A stretch of DNA of 64,000 nt from an uncultured delta proteobacterium. GTDB taxonomy: Bacteria > Desulfobacterota > Binatia > HRBIN30 > BPIQ01. The stretch is from contig CAVXGR010000011.1 in the NCBI GenBank assembly GCA_963761335.1, forward strand, positions 64,001 to 128,000. The letters are read 5' to 3'. Positions 7,453-18,500 of this stretch are shown piece by piece. A model generated the notes under the pieces. That model was not told where the DNA came from, made no database searches, and saw nothing but the letters and a program-made list of their open reading frames with translations. A program made the position numbers and the translations under genes. Position 1 is the first letter of the stretch. Every line of letters begins with the position of its first letter.

Positions 7453-10377
7453 ATGCGCACACGCGGGCGGGGAACACTCTGGGTGCCACTGCTGGCAATC
7501 GCCTTGCTGGCGGTGGCCGGCTGCGATGATGATTCACCTCCCACCGTCAGCTCGGCGAGCGTCACCCCGACGCCGGAGGCAACGGCTACCGCGGCCTTCA
7601 CCGCGACACCGGCCGCTACCCCAGTGGCAGATGGGCTGCGCGGGCGCGTCACCGGAGACGGCGGTGTGCCGCTGCCGGGCGCGATGGTCACCGCCTTCGA
7701 CGACGAAAGGCTCGAGAGCACCAGCGTGTGGACCGACGCCGACGGGCGCTACTCCTTTCCGCCTCTGCGCGGCATCGCCTATCGCCTGCGCGCCCGCCGC
7801 ATCGGCTTCGCCGATGGAAAACGCGACGGCGTCGACCTGGCCTCGGGCGGCGCCATCGCCGACCTCGTCCTGACGGCGGTGAACGACGTCAACGACCAGC
7901 TCCCCGGCAACTACTTCCTCTCTCTGTTGCACTGGCCGACGCGGCAGGTGGAAGGAGACTTCGTCCGCACCTGCGCCAACTGCCACCAGATCGGCAACTT
8001 CGAGTTCCAGGAACGGCGCACGCCGGAGGAATGGCAGACCGTCGTCAACCGCATGATCGGCTACGGCGCGGTGCCCTTCTTCAAGGAGACCCGCGACCTG
8101 CTGCTGCCCACCCTGACCAGCACCTTCGGCGATCCATCCACCTACCCCTCCTTTCCGGCACCACCACCCCCGGCGGGCGACGCGGTGCGCGCCGTCGTGC
8201 GCGAGTGGGAGATCGATCCGGTGGATCACCCGGAGTGCCATGATCTGGAGCTCGGCACCGACGGCACCGTCTACACCGTTCCCGGCGTGTACACGCTCGA
8301 TCCGGCGAGCGGCGCGCGCGCCCACTACCTCGTCGAGGGCGGCGGGCATTCGATCGAGCGCGACGCCAACGGCGACATGTGGATCACTGCGCCTGGACCG
8401 GAGCAGCTGATCAAGCTCGACGTGCACACCAAAGCGTTCACCAAGTACAACCAGCCGCGCATCGGCGACGACCTCGGCTCCTATCCGCACACCCTGCGAT
8501 TCGATGCCCAGGGACGCATCTGGTACACGCTGTCGCGTTCCAACCACGTCTGCCGCTTCGACCCGCCGACGGCGCAGTTCACCTACTACCGTCTGCCGCC
8601 GGCCGATCCGACGGAGAGCGGCGTGCCCATTCCCGTGCCCTATGGCTGCGACGTGGCTCCCGACCAGACGGTGTGGTGGTCGCAGCTCTTCGGACACAAG
8701 ATCGGCCGCATCGACCCGACGACCGGCGCCATCACCTGGTGGCGGCCGCCCTTCGACGGACCGCGGCGCCTCGGCGTCGGTCCGGACAACATCGTCTGGG
8801 TGCCGGGCTACGGATCCGCACAGCTCGGCCGCTTCGATCCGCGATCGGAGACGTGGAAGGTGTACGACCTGCCGGCGGTGCCGCGGGGCACGGATCTGCC
8901 CTACAACGTCAGCGTCAACCGCGGCACCGGCGACGTGTGGATCACCGGCTCCAACTCCGACACGCTCATCCGTTTCCAACCGGCCACCGAGACCTTCACT
9001 TCCTTCCATCTGCCCACGCCGGTCGACTTCACCCGCGAGATCGAGTTCGGCGACGACGGCAGCGTGTGGACCTGCACCTCCGACGCCAAGACGAGCGAAG
9101 AGGATCCGGGATCGGGACGCATCATCGAGCTGCAGCTGCTCGAACGCCAGGGCGCCTGCGGCGACGGTGCGCTGCAGCTCGGCGAGGAGTGCGACGACGG
9201 CAACACGGTCAGCTGCGACGGCTGCTCCGCTGACTGCCGCGTCGAGACCGGCTGCGGCGACGGCGTGCGCTGCGGCGCCGAGGCATGTGACGACGGCAAC
9301 CATCTCGACTGCGACGGCTGCTCGGCGGAATGCGGAGTCGAAGCCGGTGCCGCCTGCGGCGACGGCGAGATCGACGCGGCCTGCGGCGAGCAGTGTGATC
9401 CGCCGGGACCGGCGTGCACCGACCTGTGCCAGCGCCTGCCCGTCTGCGGCGACGGCTTCCGCGATGGCGGCGAGGAATGCGACGACGGCAACACGGTCAG
9501 CTGCGACGGCTGCTCCGCCGACTGCCGCGTCGAGACCGGGTGCGGCGACGGTGTGCGCTGCGGAGACGAGGAGTGCGACGACGGCAACGACGCGTCCTGC
9601 GACGGCTGCTCGCCGGCCTGCAGTCTCGAGATCGGAGCCACCTGCGGCGATGGCGTCGTCAACAGCGATTGTGGCGAAGAGTGCGATCCGCCTGGAGGCG
9701 CCTGCTCGCTCAGCTGCCGGCTGTCGAACGCCGATCTGGGGACCCGCCACTTCAGCTTCGGCGGCTCGTTCTACTCGTCGCCGCTCGGAAACCAGGTGCC
9801 GCTCGGAACCCTCGCGGGCGCCATCGATCTGCTCGCCGGCGCCCCCGATGCCGAGGGCGTCGCCACCGTCGCCGTCGACGGCCCGGTGTACTACTCCGCC
9901 GCCATCCTCGGCGGGACCTTTGGGCACCTGTGCGTGCGCATCGACAGCTGCACCGGCTTCGTCGATTGCGACGGGGGCACGCCGGTCGGCAATCGCATCG
10001 TGCAGGACAGCCGCGGTCCGGGAATCAACGGCGGCCCGGTAATGTTGACCACCGGACTTGGCGAGGCCTCACCGGGCGCTGTGGAGCTGCGCTGCCAGCA
10101 GAGCTTCGTACAGCTCGCGGCCGGGGCGCCGGCCGACTGCGAGAACGCCGCCTATCCCGAGTCGCAGCTGGTGGTCTACTCCACGGGAACGGTCGAGGCG
10201 TCGTTCGAGAACGGCAACACCAAGGTCGGCGACGGCACGATCACCGCCCACGGAGAGCCCTTCAGCTGCACCGCCTGGAGCACCGAGAACGGCGCCGGGC
10301 AGCTGGCCGGCGCCTACCTCGTGGAGGAGAACCCGGACGCCGGCGACGTCGCCAATGTGAATCTGCTCGACGACTGA
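7453..10377 (+). CDS. Large lipoprotein: carboxypeptidase-regulatory-like domain, c-type heme motif, Vgb-lyase-like beta-propeller, six Myxococcus-type Cys-rich repeats, C-terminal domain
   Basis: Lipobox VAGC; GRVTGDGGVPLPGAMV...TDADGRYSF; CANCH; repeated G.IW.T...IGRFDP blades; CGDG...EECDDGN repeats. Confidence 0.85.
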   Translation: MRTRGRGTLWVPLLAIALLAVAGCDDDSPPTVSSASVTPTPEATATAAFTATPAATPVADGLRGRVTGDGGVPLPGAMVTAFDDERLESTSVWTDADGRYSFPPLRGIAYRLRARRIGFADGKRDGVDLASGGAIADLVLTAVNDVNDQLPGNYFLSLLHWPTRQVEGDFVRTCANCHQIGNFEFQERRTPEEWQTVVNRMIGYGAVPFFKETRDLLLPTLTSTFGDPSTYPSFPAPPPPAGDAVRAVVREWEIDPVDHPECHDLELGTDGTVYTVPGVYTLDPASGARAHYLVEGGGHSIERDANGDMWITAPGPEQLIKLDVHTKAFTKYNQPRIGDDLGSYPHTLRFDAQGRIWYTLSRSNHVCRFDPPTAQFTYYRLPPADPTESGVPIPVPYGCDVAPDQTVWWSQLFGHKIGRIDPTTGAITWWRPPFDGPRRLGVGPDNIVWVPGYGSAQLGRFDPRSETWKVYDLPAVPRGTDLPYNVSVNRGTGDVWITGSNSDTLIRFQPATETFTSFHLPTPVDFTREIEFGDDGSVWTCTSDAKTSEEDPGSGRIIELQLLERQGACGDGALQLGEECDDGNTVSCDGCSADCRVETGCGDGVRCGAEACDDGNHLDCDGCSAECGVEAGAACGDGEIDAACGEQCDPPGPACTDLCQRLPVCGDGFRDGGEECDDGNTVSCDGCSADCRVETGCGDGVRCGDEECDDGNDASCDGCSPACSLEIGATCGDGVVNSDCGEECDPPGGACSLSCRLSNADLGTRHFSFGGSFYSSPLGNQVPLGTLAGAIDLLAGAPDAEGVATVAVDGPVYYSAAILGGTFGHLCVRIDSCTGFVDCDGGTPVGNRIVQDSRGPGINGGPVMLTTGLGEASPGAVELRCQQSFVQLAAGAPADCENAAYPESQLVVYSTGTVEASFENGNTKVGDGTITAHGEPFSCTAWSTENGAGQLAGAYLVEENPDAGDVANVNLLDD

Positions 10378-10424
10378 CAGCAACCCCGCCGTCCCGAGAC
10401 TCGAAAACAGACGAGCTTGTTGCC

Positions 10425-10470
10425 TAATCATCTGAACAAAATTCATTGACAAATTTGATCAGTCGAGCAA
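10425..10470 (+). promoter_or_regulatory. Putative TetR operators and -35 box
   Basis: Near-palindrome TTGATC-N4-GAGCAA and a degenerate copy CTAATC-N4-GAACAA flank TTGACA (10446-10451). Confidence 0.55.
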
Positions 10471-10479
10471 TACGCCGAC

Positions 10480-11151
10480 ATGGCTCGGCACGCCGGATCC
10501 GCCCGCCCCTCCGCTCCGGGCGTGCCGGCGCGGCCGGCGCGGCAGAAGCGCGCCGTGGAGACTCGCGAGCGGGTGATCGAAGCGGCGCTGCAGGCGTTTG
10601 CCGAGCGCGGCTTCGACGGCGCCACGACTCGCGAGATCGCCGCCCGCGCCGGCATCAACCAGGGGCTGATCGGCTACCACTTCGCCAGCAAGGAGGACCT
10701 GTGGAAGGCGGCGGTCGAGCGCATCTTCGGGCTCTTGCGCGGGAGCTTCGCCCAGCGCCTGGAAGCTCTCGCCGACGTCGACGCTGGCACTCGCCTGGCG
10801 GCTCTCGTGCGTCACTTCGTGCGCTTTGCCGCCAGCCATCCCGAGCTGCATCGCCTCATGGTGCAGGAGGGCAAACGCGACGGGTCGCGCATGCAGTGGC
10901 TGGTCGACCGGCACGTGCGGCCGCTTTACGAGCTGTCGACCGAGCTCATCCGCCAGGCACAGGCAGAGAACGCCGTGCCGGCGGAGATACCGCCCGTGCA
11001 CCTCTATTACATGCTGCTCGGGGCCGCCGCACATCTCTTCGTCGTGGCCCCGGAGTGCCGCCACCTCACCGGGGGTGACCCGATGGCGGCCCAGATGATC
11101 GAGCAACACGCCGAAGCGGTTGCGGCGCTCATGCTGCACGGGACTCGCTGA
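10480..11151 (+). CDS. TetR/AcrR-family regulator
   Basis: RERVIEAALQAFAERGFDGATTREIAARAGINQGLIGYHFASKEDLW. Confidence 0.95.
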   Translation: MARHAGSARPSAPGVPARPARQKRAVETRERVIEAALQAFAERGFDGATTREIAARAGINQGLIGYHFASKEDLWKAAVERIFGLLRGSFAQRLEALADVDAGTRLAALVRHFVRFAASHPELHRLMVQEGKRDGSRMQWLVDRHVRPLYELSTELIRQAQAENAVPAEIPPVHLYYMLLGAAAHLFVVAPECRHLTGGDPMAAQMIEQHAEAVAALMLHGTR

Positions 11152-11286
11152 GCACTTTCCCGGTTCTACTCCCCTCTGGAGTTAGGATTGTCGCCCGTCA
11201 CCGGCGATGATAGTTGACTTCGCCAGAGGCGAGCTCTGGATCTGCGGAATTTTCAGCGGGACGGCCGCCCCGGCGGCAGCACGGGC

Positions 11287-12660
11287 GTGCCGGCGAGGTG
11301 GGGGTGTGGACGCGCCGCAGGATCGATCGCTGTCCCTCTCCTCCTTGCCCTGGCCGCGGCATTGCCGGTGCGCGCCGGCAATGAGGCAACCTTCGGCGGC
11401 CCCGTCCTGTCGCTCGACGAAGCAGTGGCGCTGGGGCTGGAGCGCGACCGCGGTGTGCGGGATGCGGCTCTGGAGGTCCAGCAGGCCGCAGGCGCGGTGA
11501 GCGCAGCGCGCAGTCAGCGTTTGCCCGGGGTCCGCTTTCGCCTGCGCGGCGCCCGCAGCCTGACGCCGGAGAGCTACCTGCTCAAGCCCGGACACATCGG
11601 CGCCTTTCGCGAGACTGGGCCGATTCCGACGGAGACCGAGGGCCGCGCCAGCGGACCGCTGACCGGGCTGCTGATGACCGAGGCGGCGCAGCCGCTGTCG
11701 CAGCAGTATCGTTTCGGGCTCGGCATCGAGGAGCTCGAGCTGCGGCGCAGCCTCGCCGGAGAGCGCCTGCGCGGCCAGCGCCAACGCTCCGCCCACGACA
11801 TCAAGCGCGCCTACTACCGCACTCTGGAGCATCAGGGCGCCGTCGAGGCGGGCGAGGATTGGCTCGCCGTGCTCCGCCAGATCGGCGGGCTTGCCGCCGC
11901 CGATGCGGCGGCCGCCGACGCCCCCCGTGCGGGCACCGGCGAGATCCGGAGGCGCCTGGCCGCCGCCGAGACCGAGGTCGAGGCGCAGCGCGCCGCCCTC
12001 GAGGTGGCGCGATCGCAGCTGAACCTTCTCCTCGGCCGCGACGCCGCCGCCCCGCTCCGCGTGCGCCAGGACGCCGAGGCGCTGCCCTCGGCGCCGGCGC
12101 TCGACGAAGCGCGCCGGCGCGCCGTGGAACGCCGGCCCGAGGTGCGCATCGCCGACCTGCGGGTGAAGCAGGCCGAGGTCAGCCTGCGCATCGAACGCGC
12201 CGGCTTCATCCCTGACATCAGCGCCCTCTTCTACCACGCTCAGCCACTCGACACGGGCGGGCTTCCGGGCGAGCTCGCCTACGCGGGCCTGCAGCTGAGC
12301 ACCGACATCTTCGACTGGGGCCGCCGGAGCCGCGAGGTCGCCGAGCGCCACCGCGCCGTGGCGCAGGCGCAGAATGCCGCACGCGATGCGCGCGCTCGCG
12401 TGACCCGAGAGGCGGACGATCGCGCCGCCGCCGTGCAGGCGGCGAATGCGCAGCTGCTCGCAGCGGCGGCGGGCAGGAACGCCGCCCGCGGCGCTCTGGC
12501 CGCCGCCGTCGCGCAGCTGCGCCGTCAGCCGCGCCTGCTCGAGCAGGCATTGGCCGCGCAGCTCGCGGCGCAGCAGGCAGAGGGCGCCTATCGGCGCGCC
12601 TTGTCCGCCTTTCTGACGGCGCGCGCCGACCTCGAGCGCGGCCTCGGTGAGGACTGGTAA
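11287..12660 (+). CDS. TolC-family outer membrane efflux protein
   Basis: LSLDEAVALGLE, RRPEV, DIFDWG, two helical halves. Start uncertain. Confidence 0.85.
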   Translation: MPARWGCGRAAGSIAVPLLLALAAALPVRAGNEATFGGPVLSLDEAVALGLERDRGVRDAALEVQQAAGAVSAARSQRLPGVRFRLRGARSLTPESYLLKPGHIGAFRETGPIPTETEGRASGPLTGLLMTEAAQPLSQQYRFGLGIEELELRRSLAGERLRGQRQRSAHDIKRAYYRTLEHQGAVEAGEDWLAVLRQIGGLAAADAAAADAPRAGTGEIRRRLAAAETEVEAQRAALEVARSQLNLLLGRDAAAPLRVRQDAEALPSAPALDEARRRAVERRPEVRIADLRVKQAEVSLRIERAGFIPDISALFYHAQPLDTGGLPGELAYAGLQLSTDIFDWGRRSREVAERHRAVAQAQNAARDARARVTREADDRAAAVQAANAQLLAAAAGRNAARGALAAAVAQLRRQPRLLEQALAAQLAAQQAEGAYRRALSAFLTARADLERGLGEDW

Positions 12661-12706
12661 CAGGCGCGACGCCGCCGGCGCCGTGGTTCCGCCGTCGCGC
12701 AGCCCT

Positions 12707-14095
12707 TCATGCCTCGCCCGGCGGCTTCAATCCGTATTTCTGGATGCGGTAGCGCAGCGTCTGGCGCGTGGTGCCGAGGGCGCGGGCGGCGGCGGTGACG
12801 TTGTAGTCGGCGCGCTCCAGCGCCTGCTGGATGATGTACTTATCCATGTCGTCCAGCGCCATGCGGCCGTCGAGCGGCAGCCGCAACCACTCGCCGTCCA
12901 CCTCGGCGGCGGGCGGCGCCGGGGCTTCCCCGAGCTGCAGCCACCTCTCCGGAAACTCCTCGCCGTCGGCGAAGAGAACGCAGCGCTCGACGACGTTGCG
13001 CAGCTCGCGCACGTTCCCGGGCCAGTCGTGGGCGCGAAGCTTCTGCCGCACCCGCTCCGGCACGAAGCGCACGCTGCGGTGCGCCGTGAGGTCGAACTCG
13101 GCCACGAACAGCGGAACGAGCTCGTCGAGGTCCTCGCGGCGCTCGCGCAGTGGCGGCAGATCGAGGCGGAAGACGCTCAGCCGGTGATAGAGGTCGGGCC
13201 GAAAGGAACCCTCGGCGACCTGCGCCGCCAGATCGCGGTTGCTCGCCGCCAGCACCTGAACGTCGGTCTCGACCTCGCGCTCACTGCCGAGCGGGCGAAC
13301 CCGCCGATCCTCGATCGCCTTGAGCAGCTTCGCCTGAATGCCGATGCCCATCTCGCCGATCTCGTCGAGAAACAGCGTGCCCCCGTGCGCCTGCTCGAGC
13401 AGGCCGCGGTGACGCCCCTTGGCCCCGGTGAAGGCGCCGGCCTCGTGGCCGAAGATCTCCGACTCGAGCAGCTCCTGCGGCAACGCGGCGCAGTTCACCT
13501 CGACGAGCGGCCCGCCGGCGCGCGGGCCGCTGTAGTGGAGAATGCGCGCCACCAGCCCCTTGCCGGTTCCCGTCTCACCGCCGATCACCAGAGCGCTGAA
13601 GGGCACGCGGGTCAACCGCTGCAGCAGCTCGCGGACCTGTTGCGCAGCGGTGCTGGAGCCGACGAAAGCGTCCGGCGAGTAGCGGCGGTTCTGCGCGGTG
13701 ACCTGCTCGCGCAGCCGGCGTTGCGCCCGCGAGCTGCGCGCCGCGCCGGCGACCACCAGATCGAGGCGATCCGTCGAGCACGGCTTCTCGAGGAAGTCGT
13801 AGGCGCCGAGACGCAGCGCCCGCACCGAATCGGGAATGGTCCCGAAGCCGGTGAGCAGGATCCATTCTCCGCCCGCGGCATCTCGGCGCAGGCTCTCCAG
13901 CAGATCGAGGGCGCTGCCGTCGGGGAGGTTCATGTCGGAGAGCACCACCAGCGGCTCGACACCGCCCGCAAAGAGCTCGCGCGCCTGCGCCAGGGTGGCG
14001 GCCCGGCTCACCTCCCATCCCTCGCTGCGGAAGTGACGCAGCAGCTCGTTGCCGAGCAGGTCCTCGTCCTCGATGACCAGCAGCGATTCAGTCAT
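12707..14095 (-). CDS. Sigma-54-dependent response regulator (NtrC/AtoC family)
   Basis: Receiver domain, GETGTGK, GAFTGA, FLDEIGE, WPGNVREL, Fis-type HTH. Confidence 0.96.
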   Translation of the reverse strand: MTESLLVIEDEDLLGNELLRHFRSEGWEVSRAATLAQARELFAGGVEPLVVLSDMNLPDGSALDLLESLRRDAAGGEWILLTGFGTIPDSVRALRLGAYDFLEKPCSTDRLDLVVAGAARSSRAQRRLREQVTAQNRRYSPDAFVGSSTAAQQVRELLQRLTRVPFSALVIGGETGTGKGLVARILHYSGPRAGGPLVEVNCAALPQELLESEIFGHEAGAFTGAKGRHRGLLEQAHGGTLFLDEIGEMGIGIQAKLLKAIEDRRVRPLGSEREVETDVQVLAASNRDLAAQVAEGSFRPDLYHRLSVFRLDLPPLRERREDLDELVPLFVAEFDLTAHRSVRFVPERVRQKLRAHDWPGNVRELRNVVERCVLFADGEEFPERWLQLGEAPAPPAAEVDGEWLRLPLDGRMALDDMDKYIIQQALERADYNVTAAARALGTTRQTLRYRIQKYGLKPPGEA

Positions 14096-15572
14096 GGGAG
14101 CACGGCAGGAGCAGGCGCACGCGGGCACCGTGCGGCGGGGTGTTTTCGAGGAGCAGATCGCCGCCGAGATCGAGAGCCACGCGCCGTACCATCGCCAGCC
14201 CGAGCCCGGTGCCGCCCTCGCGACAGCTGGAGAAGGTCTGGGCGCCGGTGCGCAGAATCTCCGCGGGGAAGCCGGGACCGTCGTCGCCCACCGCCAGCGC
14301 CAGGGCGCGGTCGCGGCGCGTCGCCGAGACGCGTATGTGTCCGGGCGCAGCGCCGATCGCCTGCACCGAGTTGAGCACCAGATTCAGGAGCGCCTGCCGC
14401 ACCCGGTCGCGCGGCAGGATGCACTCGAGCTCTGCCGCCACGTCCGACTCGAGCTGCACCTGCTCCGGCACCTGATAGCGCACCAGCGCCAGGAGCTCGT
14501 CGATCAGGCTGCGCAGCTGCACCGGGCGAGGCGGCTCGGGCGCATGCCGCGCCGAGGAGAGGTGCTGGTTCAGCAGGCGCGTCAGCCTCTCGATCTCGGA
14601 GGTGAGCAGGTTGATCCGCTCGACCAGATCCGGATCACTGATGTCGCGCCGCAGGTTGGCGAGGCTGAGGAGCACCCCGGCGAGCGGGTTGCGAAGCTCG
14701 TGCGCCAGCCCCGCCGCCATCTCCCCGGCCGCCGCCAGCCGTTCGGCGCGCGCCAGGGTGCGCTGCTGCTCGAGCAGCGCCTCGGTGGCGTTGCGCACCT
14801 CGCTCTCCAGGGAACGCGCCCGCGAGCGGTGCTGCGCCTCGAGCTCCTCGAGACGGGTCACCAGGTGATTGTAGTTGCGGAAGAGCGGCACCAGGATGGG
14901 ATGCACGCCGTCGGCGGAGATGGCGCGGAACTGCCCGCTGGCGAGCTCGCCGAGGAGGGCGCGCAGGTCGTCGAGGGGGCGCACGATGCGCTCGCGCAGC
15001 GTCCAGTATGCCAGTAGCGCCAGCGCCGGCAGGCCGAGGAGAATGGCGATGGCGATCGAGAGACCGCGGCTGGCATCCTCGCTGATGGTGCTCAGCAACC
15101 GCGCCTGCGCCTGGTTCTCCCCGATGACGATCTCCCGCACCACGCCCAGCGCCGCGACCAGACGCGCCTGCGGAATCGGCGGCGGCCCGCCGAGCAGCTC
15201 CGCCAGCACCGCCAGCCGCTCGTCGGTGCGCGGATCGAGGTGCAGCCGCACCACCCGAATCTCGGCGATCTCCTGGCGCAGATCCCCGAGCAGCTGGGCG
15301 CTGGCGATCTGCGCCCCGACGAGGTTGAGCACCAGCGACTGCTGCAGGTGCAGGCTGAGCTGCTGGACGCGCGCCGTGTGGCCGACGTGAAGGCGAATGC
15401 GCTCGACGCGACGCTGCTCGCGCCAGGCCATGACGCCGAGGACGGCGACCGCGACCACCAGCAGAATGGCGAGCGAAAGGGCGAGGAGCTGCGCCGGCCG
15501 CGTCAGCACCTGCTTCCATGCGATCGCTGCAGCGGGCCGCTCGCTGGCGGCGATCTGTCCCGAGGCCGCCAT
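14088..15572 (-). CDS. Membrane sensor histidine kinase
   Basis: Two TM segments, HAMP-like region, AHELRNPL, NLVLNS, DDGPG, GTGLGL. Confidence 0.93.
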   Translation of the reverse strand: MAASGQIAASERPAAAIAWKQVLTRPAQLLALSLAILLVVAVAVLGVMAWREQRRVERIRLHVGHTARVQQLSLHLQQSLVLNLVGAQIASAQLLGDLRQEIAEIRVVRLHLDPRTDERLAVLAELLGGPPPIPQARLVAALGVVREIVIGENQAQARLLSTISEDASRGLSIAIAILLGLPALALLAYWTLRERIVRPLDDLRALLGELASGQFRAISADGVHPILVPLFRNYNHLVTRLEELEAQHRSRARSLESEVRNATEALLEQQRTLARAERLAAAGEMAAGLAHELRNPLAGVLLSLANLRRDISDPDLVERINLLTSEIERLTRLLNQHLSSARHAPEPPRPVQLRSLIDELLALVRYQVPEQVQLESDVAAELECILPRDRVRQALLNLVLNSVQAIGAAPGHIRVSATRRDRALALAVGDDGPGFPAEILRTGAQTFSSCREGGTGLGLAMVRRVALDLGGDLLLENTPPHGARVRLLLPCSHD

Positions 15573-15580
15573 TTCCCCGC

Positions 15581-18500
15581 TCAGCCGCCCGCGGCCGGCG
15601 CCGGACGCGGCGCCCGTCGCCAGCGACTGCGCACCTCGCGCATCTTCTCCACGAAGGCCTCGAGGTAGGTGTAATAGACCGGAGTCAGATAGAGGGTGAC
15701 CAGCTGCGAGAAGAGCAGGCCGCCGACCACCGCCAGGCCGAGCGGCCGCCGCGACGCCGAGCCGGCGCCGATCCCGAGCGCGATCGGCAGGGCGCCGAAG
15801 AGCGCCGCCGCCGTGGTCATCATGATCGGGCGGAAGCGGATGACGCAGCCCTGGTAGATCGCCTCGAAGGTGCTCTTGCCCTCCTGCCGCTGCGCCTCGA
15901 GGGCGAAGTCGATCTGCATGATGGCGTTCTTCTTGACGATGCCGACCAGCATGATCAGACCGACGAGGCTGTAGACGTTGAGCTCCTCGCCGAAGATCAG
16001 CAGCGTCAGCAGCGCCCCGAACCCCGCCGACGGCAGACCGGAGAGAATGGTGAGCGGGTGCACGAAGCTCTCGTAGAGGATGCCGAGGACGAGGTAGATG
16101 ACCAGCAGCGCGGCGAGCAGCAGAACCCAGAATCCCGACAGCGACGACTGGAAGGCCTCTGCGGTGCCCTGAAAGCTGGTGGTGACGGTCGCCGGCAGGA
16201 GCTGGCGAGCGACACTCTCGACGTTGCTGACCGCCTCGCCGAGCGAGGTTCCCGGGCTCAGGTTGAAGGAGATGGTCGCCGAGGGCAGCTGCCCGGCGTG
16301 GTTCACCGTCAGCGGTCCGGCGTTCTTCTCCAGATGAGACACCGCGTCGAGCGGCACCAGCTGGTTCTTGTCCGAGCGCACGTAGAGCAGCGACAGTGCG
16401 GCGGGATCGCCGCGGTAGCGATCCTCGAGCTCGAGGATCACCTTGTACTGATTGTTGGGAGCGTAGATCGTCGAGATCCAGCGGTCGCCGTAGGCGTCGA
16501 ACAGCGCGTTCTCGACCTCCTCCGCGCTGACCCCCAGGGCCGACGCCTTGTCGCGGTCGATCACCACGTTCACCTGGGGATTCTGCAGCTGCATGTCGCT
16601 GGTGACGTCGCGCAGCTGCGGCATCTTCTGCAGCCGCTCGAGCAGCTCGTCGGCGTCGCGATAGAGCTCCCCGGTGTCGGGGCTCTGCAGGGTGAACTGA
16701 TAGAGGCTCTTGGTCAGCTGCCCGCCGACACGGATGCTCGGCAGCTCCTGCATGTAAACGCGCATCCCGGGCATGCCCATCGTCTTCTGGCGTAGTCGCG
16801 CCATGACCGACTGCAGGCTGCCGCGCTCCGAGGCGGGCAGCAGGTGCATGAACATACGTCCCTGGTTGGAGGTGGTTCCCGCTGACGCATTGGAGCCGGT
16901 GACGCTGGAGAACAGCGCGCGTATGGCCGGGTCCTGGCGGACGATATCCGACACCGCCTTCTGATAGCGCACCATGGCGTCGAAGGAGACGCCCTGCACC
17001 GCCTCGGTGACCGCAAAGATGGCGCTCTGGTCCTCGTTGGGAATGAAGCCCTTGGGCACCCGGACGAAGAGGACCAAGGTGGCGGCGAGGATTGCCAGCG
17101 ACACCAGCATGGTCGCCGGACGGTGTCGCAACACCCATTTCAGGCTGCGCTCGTAGCCGCGCAGCATGGCGTCGAAGCCGCGCTCGGTGAGCGCGAACAG
17201 CCGGCCGTGGCGCGCCTCGGCCCCCGGGCGCAGGAAACGGCTGCACAGCATGGGCGTGAGCGTCAGCGAGACGACGCCGGAGAGCAGGATGGTGACGCAG
17301 ATGGTGACCGAGAACTCGTGAAAGAGGCGGCCGAGAATGCCGGGCATGAACAGCACCGGAATGAACACGGCCGCCAGCGAGAGGGTCATCGAGAGAATGG
17401 TGAAGCCGATCTCGCTCGAGCCGCTGAGCGCCGCCTCGAGCGGCCGCTCGCCCATCTCCATGTGACGGACGATGTTCTCCAGCATGACGATGGCGTCGTC
17501 GACGACGAATCCGATCGACAGCATCAGGGCCATCAACGACAGGTTGTCGAGGCTGTAGCCGAGCGGATACATGATGGCGAAGGTGCCGACGATCGACAGC
17601 GGCAGCGCCAGGCTGGGAATGATGGTGGCAGAGAGGTTGCGCAGAAAAACGAAGATCACCAGCACCACCAGCACCAGCGCCAAGACCATGGTGAACTTGA
17701 CGTCGTTCACCGAGGCCAGGATCGACGCGGAGCGGTCGAAGAGCACGTGCAGATGCACCGACGGCGGCAGCTGGCGTTCCAGAGTCGGCAGAATGTCCTT
17801 GACCGCCTCGGCGACGGCGACGGTGTTGGTTCCCGGCTGTCGCTGGATGGCGAGGACGACGGCGCGCTGCAAGGTGGAGCTGTCGCCGTACCAGGACGCC
17901 GACTTGTCGTCCTCGACGCCGTCGACGACGGTGCCGAGATCGCCGAGGCGGACCGGCGCGCCGTTGCGATAGGCGACGATCACCGGCCGATAGACGGCCG
18001 CTTCGGTGAGCTGCCCGTTGGCCTGAATGGTGTAGTGCTTGTCGCTGCCCTGCAGCGTGCCGGTCGGCAGGTTGACATTGGCGGCGCTCACCGCCCGCGC
18101 CACCTCGCCGATTCCGAGCCCGAGGGTGGCGAGCTGCCGCGGATCGAGCTTGATGCGCACCGCGTATTTCTGGGAGCCGAACACCTGCACCTGAGCGACG
18201 TCCCTGACCATGGAGATGCGCTGCGCCATCAGCGTCTCTCCGTACTCGTCGAGCGTCCACAACGGCAGCGTGTCCGATGTCAGGCCGATGTACAGGATGG
18301 GCTGGTCGGCCGGATTGACCTTGCGGAAGGTGGGGGGATTCGGCATCCCGGGCGGCAACAGCGGCGACGCCTGCGTGATCGCCGCCTGCACGTCCTGCGC
18401 CGCTGCGTCGATGTTTCGATCGAGGTCGAACTGCATGGTGACCTGCGTCGAGCCCAGAGAGTTCGCCGAGTTCATCGAGGCGATGCCGGCGATGGTCGAG

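Noticed and set aside
14088..18260. 1390-aa ORF suggesting a giant kinase fusion
   Set aside because: The first ~900 aa are an Arg/Gly-rich off-frame read of the RND gene; only 14088-15572 is kinase-like.
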